This document shows, piece after piece, positions 15,905-23,614 of a stretch of 25,859 bases of DNA. Location: positions 1 through 25,859 of the forward strand of contig JAWCPB010000016.1 in the NCBI GenBank assembly GCA_038870455.1, given 5' to 3'. The translations under genes and the position numbers were made by a program. Under the pieces are notes generated by a model that worked only from the letters and a program-made list of their open reading frames with translations, was not told where the DNA came from and did not search any database. The stretch comes from Candidatus Micrarchaeia archaeon (GTDB lineage Archaea > Micrarchaeota > Micrarchaeia > Burarchaeales > JACRGF01). Positions within the stretch are counted from its first letter, which is position 1. Each line of letters opens with the position of its first letter.

Positions 15905-17187
15905 TGCACATGCTCATTCGCGGCGCGAGGGCAGTCGTGGGAGGAAAGCTCGTCCGCGCCGACGTGCTCGTTGAAGGAGAGAAGATAACAAGGGTGGCGA
16001 GCAGGATTGAAGAGAGTGAGGAGACGATTGACGCGACAGGACTTCTTCTCCTTCCGGGCCTTATTGATGTTCATGTGCATTTCCGCGAGCCGGGCCTCAC
16101 TCACAAGGAAGACTTCCACACGGGCGGGTGCGCCGCGCTCGCCGGCGGAGTGACAACAATCATTGACATGCCAAACACGAAACCTCCCACGACAACAAAA
16201 GCTGCTTGGCAGGAAAAGCTCGAGCTCGCCAAAAGCAAGGCCGTGTGTGATTACGCGCTTTATTTCGGCGGGGTCAACGGAAACCACGCTGAAGTTGAGA
16301 AAACCTCCCCTCCTTTTCTCAAGGCGTATCTCGGCCACAGCACGGGCGCGTTGGCAGCAAGGGAGGAAGAGGCGAGAAAGCACTTTGCAGGCTTCCCCCG
16401 CGACAAGCCTCTCGCCGTTCACGCCGAGGACGAGGAATGCATGCAGGCCGCGTTGAAGGCAAGGGAGGGAACGCGCTTGAGCGCGGCGATGCATCATCTG
16501 CTGAGGCCGAAAGAGTGCGCGCTCAAGGCAGTGGAAAAAGCCGCGCGCTGGACTCGGGAACTCGGGCGGAAGACTCACCTCTGCCACGCGACAACAAAGG
16601 AAGAAGTCGAAGCCGCCAAAGCCTCTGGCCTGTCGGTTGAAGTAACTCCCCACCACCTCTTTCTCTCCACGAGAGACATCGAGAAACTCGGCAACTACGG
16701 AAAAGTGAATCCCCCCTTGCGCGAGCCCAAGGATGTTGCGGGCCTCTGGGACGCTCTTGAGCGCATTGACTGCATCGCGACAGACCACGCGCCGCACACG
16801 AGGGAGGAGAAGGAACAGGCCTATGCGGATTCTCCGAGCGGCGTGCCCGGTCTCGAGACCACCCTTTCCCTCTTCACGGACGCGGCCAAGAGAGGGCGCA
16901 TCAAGCTCGAGCGTTTTGTTGCGATGGCCTGCTCGTCCCCGGCAAAGGTTTTCGGCTTCGAAAGCAAGGGAGAGATTGCTGTCGGAAAAGACGCCGACCT
17001 CGTTCTGGTTGATGCGGGCGAGAAGTGGATTGTGAGGGGCAACGAGCTCCAGACAAAATGCAAGTGGTCTCCCTTCGAGGGAAGGGAGCTGACTGGAAAG
17101 GTGGAGAAAACCATTCTCAGGGGCGAGCTTGTTTTCGAAGACGGACAGGTGCTGGCGAGGACAGGCTTCGGAAAGCGCTTGGCCTAG
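15904..17187 (+). CDS. pyrC: Dihydroorotase
   Basis: LPGLIDVHVHFREPG, AGGVTTIIDMPNT, VHAED, EVTPHHL, KVNPPLR and ATDHAPH. Start set at ATG 15904 (TGATG overlap); 15910 is an alternative. Confidence 0.93.
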   Translation: MHMLIRGARAVVGGKLVRADVLVEGEKITRVASRIEESEETIDATGLLLLPGLIDVHVHFREPGLTHKEDFHTGGCAALAGGVTTIIDMPNTKPPTTTKAAWQEKLELAKSKAVCDYALYFGGVNGNHAEVEKTSPPFLKAYLGHSTGALAAREEEARKHFAGFPRDKPLAVHAEDEECMQAALKAREGTRLSAAMHHLLRPKECALKAVEKAARWTRELGRKTHLCHATTKEEVEAAKASGLSVEVTPHHLFLSTRDIEKLGNYGKVNPPLREPKDVAGLWDALERIDCIATDHAPHTREEKEQAYADSPSGVPGLETTLSLFTDAAKRGRIKLERFVAMACSSPAKVFGFESKGEIAVGKDADLVLVDAGEKWIVRGNELQTKCKWSPFEGRELTGKVEKTILRGELVFEDGQVLARTGFGKRLA

Positions 17188-17912
17188 TCTCTCATGGGCG
17201 GGTACTTGCTCGGGTCGAGCAGGAAAGCGAATTCTTCAGGGTGAGAGAGGCACCTCGCCAGAATGTTCTGTCTTCCCCACCTTTTTGCAGCATCAATGAC
17301 TTTCAGCTCGGGAAGCTTCCCATACATTGGATTCTGCCTGAAAGAACCGTCCGCAAGCTCGTAGTAAGCCCCTCCCCTCATGTTGAGGTAGTCTTGGTAA
17401 ATGGATTCGAAGTCCCGCGCCACCAGGTTCGCCATCACGAGAGGGGTTTTCCCCGGGTTTATTGTGATGTGGCCGTAGTTCGGCGGAATGGGCACAGCGT
17501 CTCCTTTCCGCGCGCGCACGAGCAGCACATCAGCTATTTTCCCCCCTTCCCTCTTCTGCAGAAGATAGTGCGCCCTTCCCTGCAGCACTTCATACAACTC
17601 GCAGTAGGAAAGGCCTTCCCTCGCCTCTGGGTGATAGTGACCCATTGTCTTGTTGAATTCTTTGCCGAGCCGAATAGGAGGGAGTATTGTTATATCGTAT
17701 CTGAGGCCTTTTTCTGCGAGAGGAGGATAGAGGTCCCTATACATGAAGTAACACCGCATGTCCTGGTCGGCCTCGACGAGAAAGCGGATGTCCTGCACAA
17801 CGTCCTGCAGTTCCCTGAGCGTGCGCACGCTGGGCTTGAGCTTCTTTTTCCCGAGAAAAAGCCCTCCCTTGACGAAAGAAAGCTTCAGCGGCCGGACGTC
17901 AAGCAGCACCAT
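17184..17912 (-). CDS. Cupin-type glucose-6-phosphate isomerase family protein
   Basis: YFMYRD, LRYDIT, EFNKTMGHYH, ELYEVLQG and IPPNYGHITIN (cupin metal ligands H, H, E, H). Confidence 0.88.
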   Translation of the reverse strand: MVLLDVRPLKLSFVKGGLFLGKKKLKPSVRTLRELQDVVQDIRFLVEADQDMRCYFMYRDLYPPLAEKGLRYDITILPPIRLGKEFNKTMGHYHPEAREGLSYCELYEVLQGRAHYLLQKREGGKIADVLLVRARKGDAVPIPPNYGHITINPGKTPLVMANLVARDFESIYQDYLNMRGGAYYELADGSFRQNPMYGKLPELKVIDAAKRWGRQNILARCLSHPEEFAFLLDPSKYPPMRD

Positions 17913-17985
17913 GCTTTCCTTCGAACATAGGGGAATTTAAAGATTGCCGTGTTAATTGTGCAAATTCACTCTCATGGGTGGTCTT

Positions 17986-18759
17986 ATGAACGGGAAAAAA
18001 ATCAGGCTACGCCGGATAATGGGCGGTGACGGCAGGGTGGTCATGATCCCCATGGACCACGGGCTCAGCATGGGCCCTGAAGGCCTCGAGGACATCGCGG
18101 GCATCGTGCACAAGGTCGCGCTTGGCGGGGCGGACAGCGTGCTCGTGCATAAGGGCAACGCGCGCTTCATCAAAGACGACATCGGCCTGCTCATCATGCT
18201 GAACGGCTCGACCGCGCTCTCCATCGACGCGAGAGACAGGGTTCGCGTGGGAACCGTTAAGGAAGCGCTCGCGCTCGGCGCGGACGGCGTGAGCCTCCAG
18301 CTGAACATGGGCGCGGTTGGGGAAAAAGAAATGCTCAGGGATTTTGGCGAAATATCACGCGAATGCGCCGAGCTGGGCGTGCCCCTGCTCGCGATGATGT
18401 ACGCAAGGGGGCCGAACATCAAGAAGGAAGAGATTGAGAAGCACGTGCCCATCTGCGTCCGGGCGGGCGTGGAGCTCGGCGCGGACATCATCAAAGTCCC
18501 CTATCCCGGCAGGAAGGCCTTCGAGTATGCAGTCAAGTCCGCGAACGGCGTGCCGGTTGTCATCGCGGGCGGGGCGAAGAGCGAGAATCCGAGAGACGTT
18601 CTTCACATGGTTCATGAAAGCATCCAGGCAGGCGGAAGCGGAGTGAGCCTCGGCCGAAACGTCTTCCAAGCGAAAGACCCCACCAAGATGACGAGAGCCA
18701 TTGCTGCGATCGTGCACAAGGGCAAAGGCGTGGAGGACGCGCTCGGTGAGCTGCGATGA
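17986..18759 (+). CDS. aroA': 2-amino-3,7-dideoxy-D-threo-hept-6-ulosonate synthase (DhnA-type class I aldolase, AroA')
   Basis: GKKIRLRRI, PMDHG, VHKG, MMYARG, Schiff-base GADIIK, IAGG and GRNVFQ; coupled to DHQ synthase II. GGGTGG precedes ATG 17986; 17974 is an alternative. Confidence 0.85.
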   Translation: MNGKKIRLRRIMGGDGRVVMIPMDHGLSMGPEGLEDIAGIVHKVALGGADSVLVHKGNARFIKDDIGLLIMLNGSTALSIDARDRVRVGTVKEALALGADGVSLQLNMGAVGEKEMLRDFGEISRECAELGVPLLAMMYARGPNIKKEEIEKHVPICVRAGVELGADIIKVPYPGRKAFEYAVKSANGVPVVIAGGAKSENPRDVLHMVHESIQAGGSGVSLGRNVFQAKDPTKMTRAIAAIVHKGKGVEDALGELR

Positions 18760-19658
18760 AGGAAGTTTGGGTGGAGGACAAGCGGCTCGCCGAAACATAC
18801 GGGGTAAAGCTGAGGGAAAAGGCTTCCGGGGAAACCGTTGCTGTAGCAAGTTTTCAAGACCTGAAGAAAGTCGAGGAACTCGACAAGAAAGGCGCGGAAC
18901 GCGTCTTCATCTCCTGCCCCAACTGGAAGGTCATTCCCCTCGAAAACCTCGTCGCGCTGGCCAAGAAAATTAAAATCATTGCTGAAGCAAAGGACGCGGA
19001 AGAGGCGAAAGTTGCTTTTCAGACACTCGAGAAGGGAGTGGACGGAGTTTTTCTCTCGAAACCAAAAGAGAGCGAGCTCAAGGAAATACTCAAGTTTCTT
19101 GCGAGCGGCGAACGCCTTGAAATCGTTCCTGCCATAATCAAGGAAGTCAGGAAAGTCGGCATGGGAGGGCGGGCGTGCATCGACACGGCCGAGCTCATGA
19201 CGAAAGACGAGGGAATGCTCGTGGGCTCCGCGGCCAGCGGCTTGCTTCTCATGCAAGCCGAGGTAAGCGAAAACCCGCACGTCGCCTCCAGGCCCTTTCG
19301 CGTGAATTGCGGCGCGGTCTCGCTCTACACGCTCATGGCGGACGGCAGAACAAAGTACCTCAGCGAAGTAAAGGCGGGCGACGAAGTGCTCATCGTGGCC
19401 AGGGACGGGAGCACGCGTAAGGCTGCAGTTGTGAGGAACAAAATCGAGTGGAGGCCCATGCTGCTCATCGAGGCTGAGGCAGCCGGCAAGCCGGTGAAAG
19501 CCATTGTTCAAGATGCCGAGACAATCCGCGTGCTTACCCCGAAAGGCAGCGAGAGCGTTGCGGCCCTCAAGAAAGGCGATGCCGTCCTCGTTCGAGTTGA
19601 GGAAGAAGCGGCAAGGCACTTCGGGATGAAAGTAAAAGAGAGGATAATAGAGCAGTAG
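18756..19658 (+). CDS. aroB': 3-dehydroquinate synthase II (AroB', archaeal type)
   Basis: WKVIPLENLVA, LEKGVDGV, RACIDT, EGMLVGS, RPFRVN, TKYLSE, KIEWRP, AETIR and ARHFG; ATGA overlap with aroA'. Confidence 0.9.
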   Translation: MKEVWVEDKRLAETYGVKLREKASGETVAVASFQDLKKVEELDKKGAERVFISCPNWKVIPLENLVALAKKIKIIAEAKDAEEAKVAFQTLEKGVDGVFLSKPKESELKEILKFLASGERLEIVPAIIKEVRKVGMGGRACIDTAELMTKDEGMLVGSAASGLLLMQAEVSENPHVASRPFRVNCGAVSLYTLMADGRTKYLSEVKAGDEVLIVARDGSTRKAAVVRNKIEWRPMLLIEAEAAGKPVKAIVQDAETIRVLTPKGSESVAALKKGDAVLVRVEEEAARHFGMKVKERIIEQ

Positions 19659-19754
19659 CTACTTCTTTTTGGTCTTTTTCCCCTTCGGAAAAGGCGCGCG
19701 CAGCATTTTCAGCGCCTTTGAAAAATACAGCTTAAACCCCTTCAGCCTAGTCAT
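19659..19754 (-). CDS. Putative small basic protein, 31 aa (MTRLKGFKLYFSKALKMLRAPFPKGKKTKKK)
   Basis: Read manually; below the ORF-track cutoff. SD GAGGTGG (19766-19760) overlaps the glyS stop and lies 5 nt before ATG. The TAG stop abuts the aroB' stop. Confidence 0.5.
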   Translation of the reverse strand: MTRLKGFKLYFSKALKMLRAPFPKGKKTKKK

Positions 19755-19764
19755 CCGAACCACC

Positions 19765-21303
19765 TCATGCGGTGAGCCTGTTCTGCTTTATGCAAGCGTG
19801 CAGTTTCCCAGGCAACTCCCTCCATGTTATCCTCTCCTGCTTTCCGTCATTCCTAAAACGAATGGTCACGCTCTCGTCCTTCAGCGTCTCGTAGTCAATC
19901 GTGATGCAGTACGGCACGCCCACCTCGTCCATTCTTGCGTACCTCTTTCCAACGCTTCCGCTCTCGTCGTACAACGCGTTAAAGCCTTCGGCGCGCAGCA
20001 TTCCGACAACCTCCCTCGCCTTTTCGGCCAGCCCGTCCTTCTTCATGAGAGGCAGCACCGCGCACTCGAAGGGCGCAATGGCTGCAGGAAAGTCGAACCA
20101 CTCCCAGTCCCGTCCCTCCGCCCCGCCTCCCTTCCTGTAAGCGGCCTCGAGAACGCACCAGAATAGCCTGTCCACCCCGAAAGAAGGTTCGACCACGTGC
20201 GGCACAATCTTCTTTTTTCCCTCCTCGATGAAAACGCTTATTTCCTTGCCGCTCGCCCTTGCGTGGGATGAGAGGTCGTAGTCCGTCCTGTAAGCCGTCC
20301 CAATCGTTTCAATCCACCCGTAGGAAGTCTGTACTTCCAGATCGAAGTTTCCCTTCGAGTAATGAGGCGTCTCTTCCGGCAGCATGTGCCTGAAGCGATG
20401 GCCCTTTACGCCCATCGAGTCATAGAACTGCGCTTCCCTGACAAGGAAATACGCCATTATCTCGTTTGGAACCAAGCCGCTCTTCACCGCTTCTCCCGCG
20501 GTCACCTCGGTCACTTTCTGCGAGTCGTTTGCCTGCTCTTCCCTCGTGTATATTCTGAGGACTTCGTTCTCCACTTCCTTGAAGCGGGGGTGACCGGGTT
20601 CGCTTGGATTAAAGAAGTACTCGAGCTCCATCTGCGTGAATTCCCTCAGCCTCAGCAGCCCCTGCCTCGGGGCAATCTCGTTCCTGAAGCTCCTGCCCAC
20701 TTGCGCAATACCGAGAGGCAACTTTGAGCCGTGAGCCCGGAAAACCCTGTGGAAATCAAGGAATATTCCCTGCGCGGTCTCCGGCCTCGCGTACGCCGTG
20801 TTTCCCTCCACTGGCCCGATGTTTGTCTTGAACATGAGGTTGAAAGGCTTCGCCTCGGCGAGCGCTCCCCCGCACTCCGGGCATGCCACGCCCATCTCGC
20901 CGATTATTCTCGTCAGCTCCTCGACCGGCACGCCTTCCGTCCTGACGCTCGCCCACTCGGGCTTTTTCTTCTTATACTCTTCCCTGTGCTTGCCGATGTG
21001 GTCGCGGATGAGCTCGTCGGCCCGGAAGCGCTTCCTGCACTTCGTGCATTCCACGAGCGGGTCGGCGAACTGCGCGACATGCCCGCTCGCCTTGAGCACA
21101 GGCTCGGGTAGGAAAGCGGTCGTCTCCACCTCAAGAAAGCCTTCCCTCTTTACGAAAAAGTCCCTCCACGCATTCTCTATTTTCTTCTTTAACGCCGCGC
21201 CGGCCGGCCCGAAGTCATAAAAGCCGCCGGGAGGGTTGTAAATCTCGGCTGCCTGAATGAGGAAACAACGCTTGAGCGCGATCTCCCAAATCCTTTCCTG
21301 CAT
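19765..21303 (-). CDS. glyS: Glycine--tRNA ligase (homodimeric class II, archaeal/eukaryal type)
   Basis: LKASGHV, FNLMF, RPETAQGIF, motif 2 GRSFRNEIAPRQGLLRLREFTQME, VPHVVEPSFGVDR and anticodon domain SVGKRYARMDEVG. ATG 21303. Confidence 0.96.
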   Translation of the reverse strand: MQERIWEIALKRCFLIQAAEIYNPPGGFYDFGPAGAALKKKIENAWRDFFVKREGFLEVETTAFLPEPVLKASGHVAQFADPLVECTKCRKRFRADELIRDHIGKHREEYKKKKPEWASVRTEGVPVEELTRIIGEMGVACPECGGALAEAKPFNLMFKTNIGPVEGNTAYARPETAQGIFLDFHRVFRAHGSKLPLGIAQVGRSFRNEIAPRQGLLRLREFTQMELEYFFNPSEPGHPRFKEVENEVLRIYTREEQANDSQKVTEVTAGEAVKSGLVPNEIMAYFLVREAQFYDSMGVKGHRFRHMLPEETPHYSKGNFDLEVQTSYGWIETIGTAYRTDYDLSSHARASGKEISVFIEEGKKKIVPHVVEPSFGVDRLFWCVLEAAYRKGGGAEGRDWEWFDFPAAIAPFECAVLPLMKKDGLAEKAREVVGMLRAEGFNALYDESGSVGKRYARMDEVGVPYCITIDYETLKDESVTIRFRNDGKQERITWRELPGKLHACIKQNRLTA

Positions 21304-21313
21304 CAAGCCTGTT

Positions 21314-21335
21314 TATCGGGGGGCAAGCTTTTAAA
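21314..21335. promoter_or_regulatory. Divergent TATA promoter for glyS and the Tat-lipoprotein gene
   Basis: TTTTAAA at 21329-21335 in a 49-bp gap; the minus strand reads TTTAAAAGCTTGCCCCCCGATA. Confidence 0.6.
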
Positions 21336-21352
21336 TCACCTCTTCCCTACTG

Positions 21353-22156
21353 ATGACCGTGCACAAGAGCAAGTCGGGGCCGAAAGCCGAACCGCTCCAC
21401 ATTCCCAGGCGGACATTTCTGAAGTATCTTCTGGAAAGCACGGCTCTCCTCATGATGCCGAAAGTATGGGGCTGCGGCGGAGAAAAAATTTATAGAGAGA
21501 TGTACACTGGACTGTTTGAAATTCCGTCAGCCGCGCCCATTAAAGTCATATCCAACGGCAAGACAAAGGAGGTGAGCGGGGTACTGGTGAGGATGAGAAC
21601 TGCGGATAGCATCGTTGCCCGCACCGAGACGGGCGTGATAGGAACGCCAGAGATTTTGCTTTTAAATGAGGAGGCGTATTACAGGGTTTCGGGCGACTAT
21701 TATTCCATCTGCTCGCCGGAAGCATACAGGGATCCGTTCGGCCACGATGTTCCCTTAACGGTGGCAGCCCCGCAGCACACGCAGGCAAATCCATTTGTTT
21801 ACTGGGAACAATGGGATGACAAGAGCAGTGTAGCAGCTACAGGAAAATTTTTGATTATCAGCGGAACTCTGACGGTTAATTATCAGAATGTGAGCTCCTT
21901 TGCCTACAATTTTGACACTGGCGAGGCTTATGTGCGGGCTTACATATCCACCATCCAGGGCCCTGGCTGGGTGAAAGTTGTTCTGGGCGAAAAACGCATC
22001 TCTGCCGTAGGGTATTACCCAGAAAAGGAGATTGAGTACGAATGCCCGCCTTTTCAGGAGGACTGCAAGCCGAGCGAGCAGAGACCTGTGGAAAAATTAG
22101 AACTCCAGAGCGTCAGAGTTGACATCTATCTGGGAACAGACAAGCGAAGTGAATGA
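21353..22156 (+). CDS. Hypothetical exported protein with twin-arginine signal and lipobox
   Basis: IPRRTFLK matches the Tat consensus RRxFLK, followed by a hydrophobic stretch and VWGC. The mature part is rich in aromatic and beta-strand residues, and the DNA looks more AT-rich than its neighbours. Confidence 0.65.
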   Translation: MTVHKSKSGPKAEPLHIPRRTFLKYLLESTALLMMPKVWGCGGEKIYREMYTGLFEIPSAAPIKVISNGKTKEVSGVLVRMRTADSIVARTETGVIGTPEILLLNEEAYYRVSGDYYSICSPEAYRDPFGHDVPLTVAAPQHTQANPFVYWEQWDDKSSVAATGKFLIISGTLTVNYQNVSSFAYNFDTGEAYVRAYISTIQGPGWVKVVLGEKRISAVGYYPEKEIEYECPPFQEDCKPSEQRPVEKLELQSVRVDIYLGTDKRSE

Positions 22157-22185
22157 TTATAATCCCTTCCAGACAAATCCACCTT

Positions 22186-22962
22186 ATGCAGAGGGAGGAG
22201 CTTTTCGAGAAAGCGCGCCTGGGAGTAAAGGAAGCCTTCGTCCAGCGCGACCGCATACTCATCCAGACTGTTTCGGCCATCGGCGAGCTGGCGAAGACGA
22301 ACAACCTGCTCTTCGAAAGGCTTTCCGAGTGGTTCAAAATATATTTCCCTGAAATGCGGGCCGACGACCCGGAAAAATACTGCGCGCTCGCCGAAGTGAT
22401 TGACAAAGAACGCTTCGACCATACAAAAATTGCCCAGCTCGTGGGCGAGGGAAAGGCGCGCGAGCTCGAAGCCAAAGCAAAGGCAAGCCTCGGCATCGAC
22501 CTGCAGAACAAGGACCTTGAGGAAATCCGTCTATTCGCAGGCAGGCTCCGGGCTCACTATGAGCTCCGCAGGCAGCTCGAAGCCTATCTGGAGAGCCTCG
22601 CCAAAGAAGTGTGCCCCAACCTCACCCACCTCCTTGGCGCGCCTCTCGCTGCAAAGCTCATCGCCCAGGCAGGCGGCCTCATTCGACTCGCCACCCTCCC
22701 AGCCTCTACAGTCCAGATCCTAGGCGCGGAAAAGGCTCTCTTCAAGCACCTGCGCGCCAAAGCCCGGCCTCCAAAACACGGCCTTCTCTTCCAGCACCCG
22801 CTCATTTCCACTTCCCCAAAAAAACAGAGGGGCAGGATTGCCCGCGCGCTCGCTGCGAAAACCACCATTGCCGCGAAAGCCGATGCCTTCACCAAGCACT
22901 TTATTGCAGAAAAGCTGAAGGCGGACTTTGAAGCGCGCGTGAAAGCCATTCAAGGAGGCTAG
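22186..22962 (+). CDS. nop5: Nop5/Nop56 box C/D sRNP protein (short form)
   Basis: NLLFERLSEWF.IYFPE, CPNLTHLLG, PASTVQILGAEKALF, PPKHGLLFQHP and RGRIARALA. TTATAA at 22157 favours ATG 22186; 22153 is an alternative. Confidence 0.9.
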   Translation: MQREELFEKARLGVKEAFVQRDRILIQTVSAIGELAKTNNLLFERLSEWFKIYFPEMRADDPEKYCALAEVIDKERFDHTKIAQLVGEGKARELEAKAKASLGIDLQNKDLEEIRLFAGRLRAHYELRRQLEAYLESLAKEVCPNLTHLLGAPLAAKLIAQAGGLIRLATLPASTVQILGAEKALFKHLRAKARPPKHGLLFQHPLISTSPKKQRGRIARALAAKTTIAAKADAFTKHFIAEKLKADFEARVKAIQGG

Positions 22963-22964
22963 AC

Positions 22965-23600
22965 ATGAAGCTGCTCGCCCTCGCAGACATTCACGCGGAC
23001 GAGGCGACTGTCGACCGCCTGCGCGTGCGCCTCAGCAAAAACCCTTACGACGCGGTTCTCGTTGCAGGCGACCTCACCAACCACGGGCCGCTCTCCTTCG
23101 CCCAAGACCTGCTGTCTTTCCTGGACAGGACTTACGCCATTCACGGAAACATGGACCCGCCTGAAGTCGCCCGCCTCCTCGAGGAAAAAGGCGTGGGCAT
23201 TCACGGGAAAAGAGTTCCGCTGGGCGGTGGCTACGCTGTTGCCGGCTTTGGGGGCAGCAATCCCACGCCCTTCAACACCCCCACGGAATACTCTGAAGAA
23301 GAAATCACCTCCGGCCTCTCCCGCCTCCGCATTGACCCGAAAACAATTCTCTTGACGCACGCGCCTCCCTACGGCCTGCTCGACACGGTGGGCGAAGGCA
23401 TTCACGTCGGCTCGAAAAGCATTCGGGCGGTCATCGAAGCCAAGCAGCCTCTTCTCAACATCTGCGGCCACATTCACGAGTGCGAGGGAGAAGGCGAAAT
23501 CGGGAAAACAAAGGTCATTAAGCTGGGCGCGGCGGAAAAAGGCAAAGCAGCAGAAATCACGATAGACAAAGAAATAAAGACGAAGTTCATTTTCCTGTGA
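22965..23600 (+). CDS. Calcineurin-like metallophosphoesterase (Icc-related)
   Basis: ADIH, AGDLT, HGNMD, THAPP and CGHIHE motifs. Confidence 0.9.
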   Translation: MKLLALADIHADEATVDRLRVRLSKNPYDAVLVAGDLTNHGPLSFAQDLLSFLDRTYAIHGNMDPPEVARLLEEKGVGIHGKRVPLGGGYAVAGFGGSNPTPFNTPTEYSEEEITSGLSRLRIDPKTILLTHAPPYGLLDTVGEGIHVGSKSIRAVIEAKQPLLNICGHIHECEGEGEIGKTKVIKLGAAEKGKAAEITIDKEIKTKFIFL

Positions 23601-23614
23601 AGCGAGGTGACTGA

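Noticed and set aside
1846..19619. Long antisense or alternate-frame ORFs (1846-2925, 3842-5017, 4803-5990, 11007-11963, 13602-14840, 15631-16797, 18612-19619)
   Set aside because: They are shadows of well-identified genes, expected with GC-rich third codon positions, and carry no recognisable motifs.
19700..19760. C/D-box-like words (GGATGA, CTGA twice) on the minus strand after glyS
   Set aside because: No full RUGAUGA box C and the spacing does not fit two guides; the small ORF explains the region better.
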